Positions 20,513 to 30,277 of a stretch of 64,000 bases of DNA are shown here, one piece after another. Where the stretch lies: positions 1,024,001-1,088,000 of the forward strand of contig OZ244991.1 of the NCBI GenBank assembly GCA_965223335.1, written 5' to 3'. Below the pieces are notes generated by a model. It had not been told where the DNA came from. It made no database searches and worked only from the letters and a program-made list of their open reading frames with translations. Positions within the stretch are counted from its first letter, which is position 1, and each line of letters starts with the position of its first letter. The DNA comes from Thermodesulfobacteriota bacterium (lineage in GTDB: Bacteria; Desulfobacterota_D; UBA1144; Nemesobacterales; UBA2774). Both the position numbers and the translations under genes were made by a program.

Positions 20513-21085
20513 ATGAGTGAGAATAAGTGTAAACTGGAAAAAAGGAAATTACAGTATGAGATATGGAGCATCGATACTAAAGATGAACACCAGGCTTTAA
20601 ATCTAATACGACAAATAATCCATTCCAATTACAACTTACTTGATAAGAACTTATTGTATATCTCATCAGCTGCGTTTGCTTTCTCAATAACATTTCTTGG
20701 TCAATTTCATAGTAACGATATTTCAAAATTTTGGAAAATTATCCTAGCATTAGCTTGGGGTTCTTTTGGATTAACTATAATTTTGAGCATAATAGGTTTC
20801 AAACTAAGCAATAACACATTAGTAAGACTTCAACAAAACATAGTAGAGAATCAGATAAATGCGCTCAAATTTTATTTATCAAACGATAGCTTAGATGATG
20901 TAAATATAGTAAAAAGTTTAGATGAAAGATTAAATAAAATAACATGCAATAGTACAAACAAAAAGAAAAGTTCAATTGAAATGTGGGCAATTTATATTAA
21001 TAGATCGCAAATAGGCACTTTCATATTTGGACTATTGCTATTGTTTGTCTTTGTTATTAAAGTGTATTTCGATTGCGAACTGTAG
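20513..21085 (+). CDS. Hypothetical AT-rich membrane protein (about 3 transmembrane helices)
   Basis: 190-aa ORF with three hydrophobic segments; TATAAT upstream. Confidence 0.65.
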   Translation: MSENKCKLEKRKLQYEIWSIDTKDEHQALNLIRQIIHSNYNLLDKNLLYISSAAFAFSITFLGQFHSNDISKFWKIILALAWGSFGLTIILSIIGFKLSNNTLVRLQQNIVENQINALKFYLSNDSLDDVNIVKSLDERLNKITCNSTNKKKSSIEMWAIYINRSQIGTFIFGLLLLFVFVIKVYFDCEL

Positions 21086-21107
21086 ATTCATATTGAATAA
21101 AGATAAA

Positions 21108-21296
21108 GGGTCAGGCTTTGGTTATTGGGTTATTGATACCGCTATCATTCCACGGTCAGAAAACCCAGGATACGTTTACCTGGAGGTTATTACCATAGTA
21201 ACGCACCGGGGAATTCCTGGCCAAACATTCTTCAACCCCACTGACGATAGAGCTTACGTTAAGAATTAATCGATTACGGTAATCAAAGCCTGACTC
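21108..21296 (+). mobile_element. Decayed RAYT/IS200-like transposase fragment bounded by REP-like inverted repeats
   Basis: GGGTCAGGCTTTGGTTA and TAATCAAAGCCTGACTC (15/17 complementary); interior reads PRSENPGYVY...VTHRG...FFNPTDDRAY. Confidence 0.55.
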
Positions 21297-21485
21297 TACT
21301 CCTAGGCCCTGCTTTACTATCTAACACCTTGTGTTAATTAATCAACTTCCCTACAAAAACCATGTTTTTAATTAGATATTAATACAACTCAATAACATCT
21401 TATCATTATCATGTTTGATCATTTTTAATTTATACTGTAAACTAAGTGGATCAAAATAAATTTTTTTGGGGAAGGAGGTTTTTAA

Positions 21486-22370
21486 ATGAGTTATCTCACA
21501 AAGAGATCATTTTTATATGTATTTTCTATTTTTGTGTTGTCTATTGGAGTGATTGGAGGCTGCAGCAGCAATGATCCCGATAAATCTCGTATCGAAGGTG
21601 TAGTATTGTCTGTAAATGGTAATCCAGTTGCAGTAGGCGACATCCTTGTATCAGCTATCAACTCTAATGGCACAAGGGTAAGCAGCAGAGGACAGACCAA
21701 TGCATCGGGTGCTTACAGCATAGGCATTAATAATGAGTCCGGATCTAAAGTACGTTTGGTAACACTTATTTTTACCACTCAAGATGGGCTTATTTTCAGC
21801 GAAGATTTCTTGGTTCCACGAAACACGACTAGTTTACTAAATGTGACACTTGCAAACGGAGAGGTCAACATCGCTGACGGTGACTACACAGTTCTTTCCA
21901 AACCAGTTAATGCTAACGGCAATCAGACATATATATTTGCCGACGCTATTGGTATTGATACCCCGGGACAGGCATCGTTTGTAATTGACGGTAACACAAA
22001 CACATGTGTCAGAGCCCGTGACAATAGCACGATTATTATTAATGTCGATGATTTCCTGGCATCTAACTGCAACATCGGAGTCAGGTCCGGTAGCAATGCA
22101 AACATCTCTATCAATGCTGATGATGATTTCGAGATACTAAGTGGCAGCTTCGGTGTTAGGTCAGCTAACGCATCTGTAGTAAACTTATCGGCATTAGACG
22201 AATTCTTTATTACGTCGGCAAATGCATTTGGTATAGGGGCGATTAACTCTTCAACGGTTAACGTAAACAACGGTCTAGCCAACCCCGATACGTGCGAGAT
22301 AGTTGGTTTACAGGGCGATATAGAGGTATTAGACCTGGCGCAAGTTAACGTCCCACCAAACTGTAATTAA
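21486..22370 (+). CDS. Lipoprotein with N-terminal Ig/carboxypeptidase-regulatory-like domain and C-terminal beta-helix-like repeats
   Basis: AAGGAGG RBS, lipobox IGGC, repeats GVRSGSNANISINA / GVRSANASVVNLSA / GIGAINSSTVNVNN. Confidence 0.7.
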   Translation: MSYLTKRSFLYVFSIFVLSIGVIGGCSSNDPDKSRIEGVVLSVNGNPVAVGDILVSAINSNGTRVSSRGQTNASGAYSIGINNESGSKVRLVTLIFTTQDGLIFSEDFLVPRNTTSLLNVTLANGEVNIADGDYTVLSKPVNANGNQTYIFADAIGIDTPGQASFVIDGNTNTCVRARDNSTIIINVDDFLASNCNIGVRSGSNANISINADDDFEILSGSFGVRSANASVVNLSALDEFFITSANAFGIGAINSSTVNVNNGLANPDTCEIVGLQGDIEVLDLAQVNVPPNCN

Positions 22371-22392
22371 TCTTAGTTTACTCTAGAAAATC

Positions 22393-22420
22393 AAAGGGCC
22401 GGCCTTGCCGGCCCTTTTCT
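22393..22420 (+). terminator. Intrinsic terminator
   Basis: AAAGGGCCGGC-CTT-GCCGGCCCTTTTCT. Confidence 0.85.
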
Positions 22421-22534
22421 ATTTGTCCTCCAATTTGCTTCTATATATAGTGTAGTAATTTCACTCTATCGAGCCACCCCTCGAACTTTATGTTAATATA
22501 TTTGCTCCGTTCATAAATTAATTTAAGAGGACAG

Positions 22535-23485
22535 GTGTATCGTATGGATGAGCAGTCAGTTCATATATTGCTGTTTTATAAATTCGCCCGGTTAACAGAC
22601 CCTCACAAATTTACATCCGAGCACCTTGATTACTGTGTGGGTGCCGGGCTCCTGGGCAAGGTGCTTGTAGCAACCGAGGGCATTAACGGCTCAGTATCCG
22701 GCACTAAGCGCCAGGTAGACGAATATAAGGCGCACCTAACAGGCTATGACCAGTTCTCAGACATAGCTTTTAAAGAGGAACTAAGCACATTCCATCCCTT
22801 TAAAAAAATGATCGTTCGTGTGAAAAACGAGATTATTAGGATGGACCAAGAACTCGATCTAGACAATAGAGGCAAGTACATATCACCCAAAGAGCTCATT
22901 GACCTCTACCAAAGCGGCGAAGAATTTGTCATTCTCGATACACGCAACAACTATGAGTCCGACGTAGGTAAATTTAAGGACGCCATAACCCCAGACATCG
23001 ATACTTTCCGCGAGTTCCCCGCATATGTGGATGGGTTAGATGAACTCAAGGACAAAAAGGTTGTCACCTACTGCACGGGTGGAATACGGTGCGAGAAAGC
23101 AACCTCCTATATGGTAGCCCGGGGCTTTACGGACGTGTACCAGCTCAAAGACGGCATATTGAACTTCTGCCAGGAGTACCCAGACACGGTGTGGGAGGGC
23201 AAGTGTTTTGTGTTTGACCAGAGGCTCGTTTCAGACGTCGATCCCGAGAGCAAAGTACTTACACAGTGCACCCATTGCGAGGAGGTCTCCGACCGCTACC
23301 AAAACTGCAAGCATGCCGAGTGCGATAAGCTCTTCATAATTTGCGAGTCCTGCAGCGATGAGTACAAGGGATGCTGCACACCTGAGTGTGTGCAAAAGTA
23401 CGAGGCACACCTAGAGATCAAATCCAAACAGCTCCAGGGAACCAAGAAAAAAAAGGCCGGCACCCAAGAGCTATCCACAGATTAA
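22535..23485 (+). CDS. trhO: tRNA uridine(34) hydroxylase TrhO (YceA/UPF0176 rhodanese-like)
   Basis: EGINGS, DTRNNYE, YCTGGIRCEKA, GKCFVFDQR, Cys-rich C-terminus. Confidence 0.88.
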   Translation: MYRMDEQSVHILLFYKFARLTDPHKFTSEHLDYCVGAGLLGKVLVATEGINGSVSGTKRQVDEYKAHLTGYDQFSDIAFKEELSTFHPFKKMIVRVKNEIIRMDQELDLDNRGKYISPKELIDLYQSGEEFVILDTRNNYESDVGKFKDAITPDIDTFREFPAYVDGLDELKDKKVVTYCTGGIRCEKATSYMVARGFTDVYQLKDGILNFCQEYPDTVWEGKCFVFDQRLVSDVDPESKVLTQCTHCEEVSDRYQNCKHAECDKLFIICESCSDEYKGCCTPECVQKYEAHLEIKSKQLQGTKKKKAGTQELSTD

Positions 23486-23612
23486 TCCCAATCAAACTAT
23501 AATTAATGCATTTATATATTGGTCGTTAATTTCGGTTAATTGTCTATGTAAGCATCAAACGGGTTGCAAGTGACCCCCGCGACCTGTTAGAGCCGCGGGG
23601 GAGAAAGTTTCG

Positions 23613-24443
23613 TTACTCTTTCATCTCTTCTTTCTTGTCGTCCGCCATAGCGGTCTCAGGTGTATATTCGTTTATCACTTGGTACTGCGGGTACACAAAG
23701 CTCCCTTTCATCCACACCGCCCATGTGGGGTCCGCAGTGGGCTTGATGTTGTTAAGTGGATGACCTTCGGGTGCCTTGATCGTGATCTTAGGGTTTTGAG
23801 TGTCTACCACAGCTCCTATGAATGGGATGGGGTACTTGACCACCTGGTTTACCTTTTTACCGTCCTTCTCGGTCTCTATATGGCCAAAGTAGTTAAGATG
23901 TCCCCCTCCTACGTCCCCAAGCTCCTCACCAACATCGGCCGTGGACTCGATGTATGGAGTATCGCCTACTTTGAGCACTGCTGTTAGTTTGCCGTCCTCA
24001 ACCGTGGTGGTGGTGAATCCCTCTTCTGCAGGGATACCTACTTTTTCGGTAAACCCTCGCATCGTGGGAGAGCTGTTGAAATAGTGGATAAAGTACCTAC
24101 CCGGATAGCCGGTATCCGCACCCATGACGTAAGAGTCCTGGTCCTTAAGCTCAATTGTCAGATAGGTAAGCGTATAGGCGCCGAATCCCGAGGTCTGGTT
24201 TGCCTCGGGTACAGTGTACATGTTTATTACTACCTGTCCCTCGGGGTTAGGCTCCAGCCCCGGGGGCAAAAGTGCCTTAAGCGCTTCGGGGTCTGTTTTA
24301 TACGCGGCTATAAACATCCACGCATTAGTCACAAGCTGTGGCCCCGGCAGCTCGTTTGCCTCTTCCTCGGCCCGTGCCCCGGTGTTAACTGCAAAAATTA
24401 CAAGCAACAACAGTACTAAACTCAAGCTAAATATTTTCTTCAT
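23613..24443 (-). CDS. Secreted acetoacetate-decarboxylase-like fold protein
   Basis: Signal peptide; Y.TDPEAL.ALLPPGLEP and GAY...YLTI match the ADC-family N-terminus. Confidence 0.6.
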   Translation of the reverse strand: MKKIFSLSLVLLLLVIFAVNTGARAEEEANELPGPQLVTNAWMFIAAYKTDPEALKALLPPGLEPNPEGQVVINMYTVPEANQTSGFGAYTLTYLTIELKDQDSYVMGADTGYPGRYFIHYFNSSPTMRGFTEKVGIPAEEGFTTTTVEDGKLTAVLKVGDTPYIESTADVGEELGDVGGGHLNYFGHIETEKDGKKVNQVVKYPIPFIGAVVDTQNPKITIKAPEGHPLNNIKPTADPTWAVWMKGSFVYPQYQVINEYTPETAMADDKKEEMKE

Positions 24444-24535
24444 AACACTCCTCCGTGTATATATTAATCAAGATTTTATATTCGGAACTTAACACTGCTA
24501 ATTTGAAAAACCCCAAACACCCGGCCCATCAACTG

Positions 24536-24564
24536 ATTCTACAACATGGCATTGCGCTTCTCAA
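24536..24564 (-). promoter_or_regulatory. Sigma70 promoter of the ADC-like gene
   Basis: TTGAGA-17 nt-TAGAAT on the minus strand. Confidence 0.6.
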
Positions 24565-24617
24565 CACTTATTTCGCACGTGGCTTCCAAGACACTTTATA
24601 TGTAATTTAGGGGGGAC

Positions 24618-26159
24618 TCAATAATCCTCTTTCCGCTGCAGTGAGGGGTTGGGCACAAAGGGGTCAATAGTGTCGTTTTTTGCACCTTTATTAGAGCTGT
24701 GCATGATTGAGAGCACTGCCGTATATATAAACCCGAACTGTATAATCAACAAAAACGGTATCCAGCCAAAATAGCCCATTATGATCGCATAGACCGATTG
24801 GAACAAAAAGAATATTCCAATTGTAAGCTCGATTAGTGCGGTAATACTCGTGGACGAGACGTAGCTTGTTTTTTTCCAGTTATCCGATTTTGTCGTGACC
24901 GCAAACTTAGGTGTACGTTTAAATTCCGAGCTCTTACCCAGCAACGCCTCTATTACGGCTTTGGAATTGTTTATAGATATTCCCGCCCCCAGTGCTATGG
25001 CTGTGGCAACGTGCTTGGCGTACTTGACCCAGTTCTCCCCGTGCACCTCCTGCACGGTGATCCAATAGAACCTAAAGAAGCTGAATGTACCAAGCGATAT
25101 AGCCACAAGGTTAAACAATACAACTTTCTCCCATCCTACGGAGTCCCAAAAATAGGCCATCGGGAACATAAGCACCAGTAGTACGAGTAAGAAGATATAC
25201 GATAAGTTTCCCAGTAAATGAAAGCATGCCTCGGATTTTATTTTAAGTGGGAGTGTACTCTCCCCAAGCAGTCTCGGGAGTATTTTGAGCGCTGTCTGCA
25301 CCCCGCCTTTTGCCCAGCGGTGCTGCTGCGATTTAAAGGCGTTCATATCCACAGGCAGCTCAGCATCCGCCACTGTGTCTTTTAGGTAAACGAGCTTCCA
25401 GCCCTTTAGCTGCGCCCTGTAGCTAAGGTCAAGGTCCTCTGTAAGCGTGTCGTGCTGCCACCCGCCCGCATCGTAGATACATTCCTTTCTCAACACCCCG
25501 GCAGTGCCGTTAAAATTAAAGAACATACCCCCGTGGAACCTAGCCGTCTGCTCAATCATAAAATGGCCGTCCAGCAGTATGGACTGTGCCTTGGTCAACA
25601 TCGAGTAGTCAATGTTAACGTGTCCCCACCTTGCCTGAACAATCCCGATCTTGGGGTCCGAGAAATAATCAATCGTGTCCCTAAGGAAGTTCTTAGGGGG
25701 AATAAAGTCTGCATCGAATATTGCAACAAACTCCCCTTTAGCTACACTCAACCCCTCGCGCAGTGCCCCTGCCTTATAGCCCTCTCTATCTTCACGGTGG
25801 ATGTAGTGGATATCAAAGCCCCTTTGTCGGAAGCGGTTAACGACCTCACACGCAATTATTTGTGTGTCGTCAGTCGAGTCATCCAACACCTGTATCTCGA
25901 GTTTATCCAACGGATAGTCGATCTTGCAGACCGACGAGATCAACCTCTCCACCACGTACATCTCGTTATAAATTGGCAGCTGTATTGTGACGCGGGGTAG
26001 ATTGCTCAAACGTTGGGGGGGCGATACTTCTTTGTTTTTATTACGTCTATAGATATGTACTATGTAATATCTATGCGCTCCGTAGGTACAGAGCAATGTT
26101 AAGGTCAATGCATATATTGTCGTTATTACTATTTTAGAAGATAGCAGTAAATATTCCAA
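24618..26159 (-). CDS. GT2 processive glycosyltransferase (cellulose-synthase-like)
   Basis: QLPIYNE, DDSTD, FDADF, TEDLD, QQHRW, C-terminal transmembrane helices. Confidence 0.9.
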   Translation of the reverse strand: MEYLLLSSKIVITTIYALTLTLLCTYGAHRYYIVHIYRRNKNKEVSPPQRLSNLPRVTIQLPIYNEMYVVERLISSVCKIDYPLDKLEIQVLDDSTDDTQIIACEVVNRFRQRGFDIHYIHREDREGYKAGALREGLSVAKGEFVAIFDADFIPPKNFLRDTIDYFSDPKIGIVQARWGHVNIDYSMLTKAQSILLDGHFMIEQTARFHGGMFFNFNGTAGVLRKECIYDAGGWQHDTLTEDLDLSYRAQLKGWKLVYLKDTVADAELPVDMNAFKSQQHRWAKGGVQTALKILPRLLGESTLPLKIKSEACFHLLGNLSYIFLLVLLVLMFPMAYFWDSVGWEKVVLFNLVAISLGTFSFFRFYWITVQEVHGENWVKYAKHVATAIALGAGISINNSKAVIEALLGKSSEFKRTPKFAVTTKSDNWKKTSYVSSTSITALIELTIGIFFLFQSVYAIIMGYFGWIPFLLIIQFGFIYTAVLSIMHSSNKGAKNDTIDPFVPNPSLQRKEDY

Positions 26160-26189
26160 TTCTCATTCCTTTTGCCGCTTCCCTCTGTT

Positions 26190-27356
26190 TTAAAACTCCG
26201 CTTCTTTCAACCGCTCGACTGCCTGTACGATTCTATCCGTATTAAAGGTGGTCGAGACTCGTGCGTACCCTTCACCATACTCCCCAAAACCCGTACCCGG
26301 TGTTACCACTATACCTGCCTCGGTAAGCAGCTTTGATGAAAATTCTTTTGAAGTAAGCCCATGGGGCACCTCAAACCACACATAAAACGTGGACTTTGGT
26401 TTTTCATATTTAAGCCCAACCTCGTCTAAACCCGCACAAAAAATATCTCTCCGTTCCTCGAAAATCTTTTGCCTATCCGAAAGCCCGTCTTTATAATTTT
26501 TAAGTGCCTCAATCCCTGCGTATTGTATCGCCTGGAAGGCACCCGAGTCAATATTAGTTTTAATCTTGCCTATCCCCGCGATTGCACTCTTGTTTCCCAC
26601 TGCAAACCCAAGTCTCCAGCCCGTCATGTTAAAAGTTTTAGACAGCGAGTGAAACTCGATCCCCACTTCCTTTGCCCCATCGGTTTGCAGAAAGCTCGGA
26701 GGGTTGTAGCCGTCGAATGCGATCTCAGTGTATGCTGCATCGTGACATACGAGTATGTTGTTGTGTGCCGCAAACTCCACTACATCGTCGAAAAACCCAT
26801 CCTCTGCTACTGCTGTTGTGGGGTTATTGGGATAGTTAATAAACATCAGCTTCGCATTCTTTTTATCACTCTCAGATACCTTAGCTAGATCGGGTAAAAA
26901 CCCGTTTTCTTTATAAAGGGGCAGTGCAACCGGTGTGCCACCGGCAAAGCTTATGGAAGTGGGATACACTGGGTAGCCAGGGTCGGTGTATAGACCCACG
27001 TCCCCGGGGTCTACGAATGCAAGCGGGGTGTGTGCAACACCTTCTTTCGAGCCAATGAGCGCTACCACCTCGGTAGCTGGGTCTATATCTATCCCAAAAC
27101 GCACCTTGTACCAATCCGCCACAGCTTCTCTAAATGAAAGCATCCCCTCGTACGATGGGTATCTGTGGTTAGCTGGGTCCTCAGCCCCGACCACAAGGGC
27201 GTCGATAATTCTCTGGGGTGTCGGGATGTCGGGGTCTCCGACCCCTAAGTCGATCACATCCACACCCTTTGACTTCATCTCATTTTTCTTGGCGTCGATT
27301 TCGGCAAAAAGATAAGGAGGCAGCTCCTCTATCCTTTTTGCCCACTTAAGATCCAT
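26190..27356 (-). CDS. dapL: LL-diaminopimelate aminotransferase
   Basis: PPYLFAEID, GSKEG, NYPNNPT, DAAY, SLSKTFNMTGWR, KTNIDSG. Confidence 0.85.
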   Translation of the reverse strand: MDLKWAKRIEELPPYLFAEIDAKKNEMKSKGVDVIDLGVGDPDIPTPQRIIDALVVGAEDPANHRYPSYEGMLSFREAVADWYKVRFGIDIDPATEVVALIGSKEGVAHTPLAFVDPGDVGLYTDPGYPVYPTSISFAGGTPVALPLYKENGFLPDLAKVSESDKKNAKLMFINYPNNPTTAVAEDGFFDDVVEFAAHNNILVCHDAAYTEIAFDGYNPPSFLQTDGAKEVGIEFHSLSKTFNMTGWRLGFAVGNKSAIAGIGKIKTNIDSGAFQAIQYAGIEALKNYKDGLSDRQKIFEERRDIFCAGLDEVGLKYEKPKSTFYVWFEVPHGLTSKEFSSKLLTEAGIVVTPGTGFGEYGEGYARVSTTFNTDRIVQAVERLKEAEF

Positions 27357-27510
27357 TTCTACTCTCCAACCCCCTACTAATAGTGGAAATTACAATCATA
27401 ACCAACAGTGCGAACTAGAGCAAGCACTAGTTTTGATCTCTCTCGAATACAACTTATAACATATTTATCCGTAGTTACACAACTTTTGTCTTCCAACCGA
27501 CACTTAAACG

Positions 27511-28290
27511 TCAATCATTTGTATAAGATTCCAGGATTGCCTTGTGCACTCTGGCTGCAATATTTTTCCTGTCGGAACTCGCGTCGGGCTCAATCCTATC
27601 CAATATCCTGAGCTCTACATCGACAGACTTAGCCTCGAGAAGCCCGAAAAAATGATCGAAGAACGACGCACTCCCATAGTAATAGACCCTGTCTCTCGTA
27701 CTATCATCCACAGGCTTGTGGTCTAGGTTTTTGTACTTGATACAGATCGGTAAGATGGCCTTATCTGATTTTAAATAAGGAGCAAAAAAAGAGGTCTTAA
27801 AATCCATCACGGTCTCGCCGTTTGATGTGGTGCCCTCGGGGAAGAGCACTACGTTAAAACCCAGATCCAGCACATTTGATACCATCTCTATCTCTTCTAG
27901 CATTCTCGAGCGGCTTCTTCGCTCTACAAATATCCCCCCGCTGTACTTTGTAATTGTGCCGAGTGGAAACTCCTCCATTAGCTCGGCGTTGGCTACAAAG
28001 ACTGATTGGATGGTAGAGGATATAATAAATATGTCTGTATACGAGAGGTGGTTGGATACGACAAAAAAATTCTCATCAACACAAGATACTCGTTCCTTGT
28101 TTATGACCCTTAGCTTGATACCCAATACCAAAAGACACAGTTTTGTAAAGAACGATGTATTGCGCGAGAAAAAAGACAGCTGCCTCTTTCTATCTCTCAC
28201 CACTAGTTCTACGACAAAAGATACACTTAGATATATGACAGCCAGAACAAAGAATATGACAGCTTTAGTGTATTTACGCACTAGATTCAT
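27511..28290 (-). CDS. plsC: Lysophospholipid acyltransferase (PlsC family)
   Basis: NHLSYTD, FPEGT. Confidence 0.8.
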   Translation of the reverse strand: MNLVRKYTKAVIFFVLAVIYLSVSFVVELVVRDRKRQLSFFSRNTSFFTKLCLLVLGIKLRVINKERVSCVDENFFVVSNHLSYTDIFIISSTIQSVFVANAELMEEFPLGTITKYSGGIFVERRSRSRMLEEIEMVSNVLDLGFNVVLFPEGTTSNGETVMDFKTSFFAPYLKSDKAILPICIKYKNLDHKPVDDSTRDRVYYYGSASFFDHFFGLLEAKSVDVELRILDRIEPDASSDRKNIAARVHKAILESYTND

Positions 28291-28342
28291 AGAATATTTG
28301 GTATAGGATAACCGGTAAGTTAAAAATTGAGTCTATTTTACC

Positions 28343-29503
28343 ATGAGCAAAGCTAATCGATTATATCATATAATCAGGTCAACAATAGAAAAGGACGGGC
28401 CTATTACTTTCTCTCGATTTATGGACTTAGCACTCTATCACCCTGAGCACGGCTACTACAGCACCGCTGTGGGTGGAATTGGCAAGAGGGGCGACTACTA
28501 CACCAGTCCTCATGCGAGCAGTGTGTTCGGTCAGGTTATTTCCAATTTTATAAGATCTGCATCCGAGGTTATAGGTCAGAGTGGGTTTACTGTGGTGGAA
28601 GTCGGGGGCGGTGTTGGATATTTAGCGCTCGATATTCTAGACGCGCTAAAAAAAAGAGAGCCCGAGTTCTACAACCATATTACTTATGTGCTGATTGAAC
28701 ATAGCAATAAACATCGAGAGGGATACCGAGATTTACTAAAAGCTCATCTCGATAGGATTAAGGTGTTTTCCGAGTTAGAAGGTATCGAGTCGCCTTATGA
28801 TAAGGGGGTGGTCGTCTCGAACGAGTTCTTTGATGCACTCCCGTTTCATAGAGTTGTTGCTCGGGGAGCAAAACTGCTAGAGCTCTATGTTGATGTTAGA
28901 GGCGGTGAGTTTATAGAGATTACAGATACACCTAGCACGGTAGAGATAGAGAAATATTTTGAGGATCATGAGATTGAACTAGCAGACGGCCAACAGGCCG
29001 AGGTCTGCATAACTACCCGTAATTACATAAATAATATTGCAAGCGCTATTTATAAGGGATTGGTCCTCACAATAGATTACGGCTTTTTGGCCAAAGAGCT
29101 CTACGATCCCGCGAGACTAAGCGGCACATATAAATGTGTCAAAGACAACCGCATTAACGAGAACCCCTACGAGGATATAGGGAGGCAGGATATCACGGCA
29201 CACGTCGATTTCTCCAATCTCATAAGGGTAGGAGAGGCCTGCGATTTAAACACTTTCCACTACACTACCCAGGGCCAATTCCTGGTCGACTGGGGGATCC
29301 TGGAAATAATAGAAGCGCTAAGCAGCAACTCATCAATTCCCGAAAGTAAAAAAAGCATCGAGCTAAACTCAATCAAGACACTATTTCTACCCGAGCAGAT
29401 GGGCAATAAATTCAGGGTACTTATACAAGATAAAGATACAGCCATAAATTTTGAAAAATTTTATCCCGATCCCCCGGTCAAAATAAGCTTCAACCCTACC
29501 TAA
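28343..29503 (+). CDS. SAM-dependent methyltransferase, MidA/NDUFAF7 family
   Basis: FMDLALYHP..GYY, GDYYTSP, SNEFFDALP, IDYG, QDITAHVDF. Confidence 0.9.
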   Translation: MSKANRLYHIIRSTIEKDGPITFSRFMDLALYHPEHGYYSTAVGGIGKRGDYYTSPHASSVFGQVISNFIRSASEVIGQSGFTVVEVGGGVGYLALDILDALKKREPEFYNHITYVLIEHSNKHREGYRDLLKAHLDRIKVFSELEGIESPYDKGVVVSNEFFDALPFHRVVARGAKLLELYVDVRGGEFIEITDTPSTVEIEKYFEDHEIELADGQQAEVCITTRNYINNIASAIYKGLVLTIDYGFLAKELYDPARLSGTYKCVKDNRINENPYEDIGRQDITAHVDFSNLIRVGEACDLNTFHYTTQGQFLVDWGILEIIEALSSNSSIPESKKSIELNSIKTLFLPEQMGNKFRVLIQDKDTAINFEKFYPDPPVKISFNPT

Positions 29504-29571
29504 TAAATTTAAACAAGCGTTTTGTTTGAGTTAGCCATCATACTTGACAAAAAACTTTATATATGATTATT

Positions 29572-29593
29572 TAGTACTAACTAGTCCGTACTA
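29572..29593. promoter_or_regulatory. Palindromic operator upstream of the TetR gene
   Basis: TAGTAC-ta-ACTAGT-cc-GTACTA (18 of 22 positions symmetric) between TTGACA (29544) and the ATG. Confidence 0.65.
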
Positions 29594-29609
29594 TTATTGC
29601 CTGACTAAT

Positions 29610-30191
29610 ATGACTAAGAACAGGGTAAAGATCATCAACCGCGCCAAGAAGCTCTTCCACAAAAAGGGTTTCAGCCATACAAGCGTCGATCAAATAATAG
29701 CAGAGTCCAATGTTTCTAAGAGTAATTTCTATTATCATTTTAAGACCAAAGACGATCTCGGCCTCGAGATACTAAACCTAAGAATAGAGGAGTTTCGATC
29801 GGGTGTTATACGAAGCATATTGTTAGATACAAACCACTCAGCGGTCTACCGCATAAGTGGCCTATACGATGCTTTCATAGAGTTTCATAACGATCTCAAC
29901 TGCAAAAGGGGCTGTCCATTTGGGAACCTCGCACTCGAGATGTCAGATCTAAGCGAGGGGTTTAGACAGTCGCTACACAGTTTTTTTGATGAATGGATAG
30001 ATGCGCTTTCGCTCTGTATTAGACAGGGAGTAGAAAACGGCGAGTTTAGCAATGAGATTGACCCCAGGGATCTGGCTGAGTTTATTTTTTCACATATCGA
30101 GGGGGCCATATTACTCCTTAAAACCCAAAAAACAATCGGTCCACTGCAAAATGGAAAATCTACAGTTCTTAGGCTTCTAAACAATCTGTAA
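29610..30191 (+). CDS. TetR/AcrR family regulator (NemR/LmrA-like)
   Basis: HTH LF.KKGF..TSVDQI.....VSKSNFYYHFKTK; GCPFGNLALE. Confidence 0.9.
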   Translation: MTKNRVKIINRAKKLFHKKGFSHTSVDQIIAESNVSKSNFYYHFKTKDDLGLEILNLRIEEFRSGVIRSILLDTNHSAVYRISGLYDAFIEFHNDLNCKRGCPFGNLALEMSDLSEGFRQSLHSFFDEWIDALSLCIRQGVENGEFSNEIDPRDLAEFIFSHIEGAILLLKTQKTIGPLQNGKSTVLRLLNNL

Positions 30192-30207
30192 CTGTTTAAT
30201 CCCGCAA

Positions 30208-30223
30208 TGTTCCACGTGAAACA
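30208..30223. promoter_or_regulatory. parS centromere site
   Basis: TGTTCCACGTGAAACA fits TGTTNCACGTGAAACA. Confidence 0.88.
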
Positions 30224-30277
30224 TATGATATGGCGTTTATAGATCATTCACATCTCTTATGGTAATTTATCAGTGGT

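Noticed and set aside
21027..21269. 80-aa ORF as an intact gene
   Set aside because: It starts inside the previous gene without an RBS and is better explained as the transposase relic.
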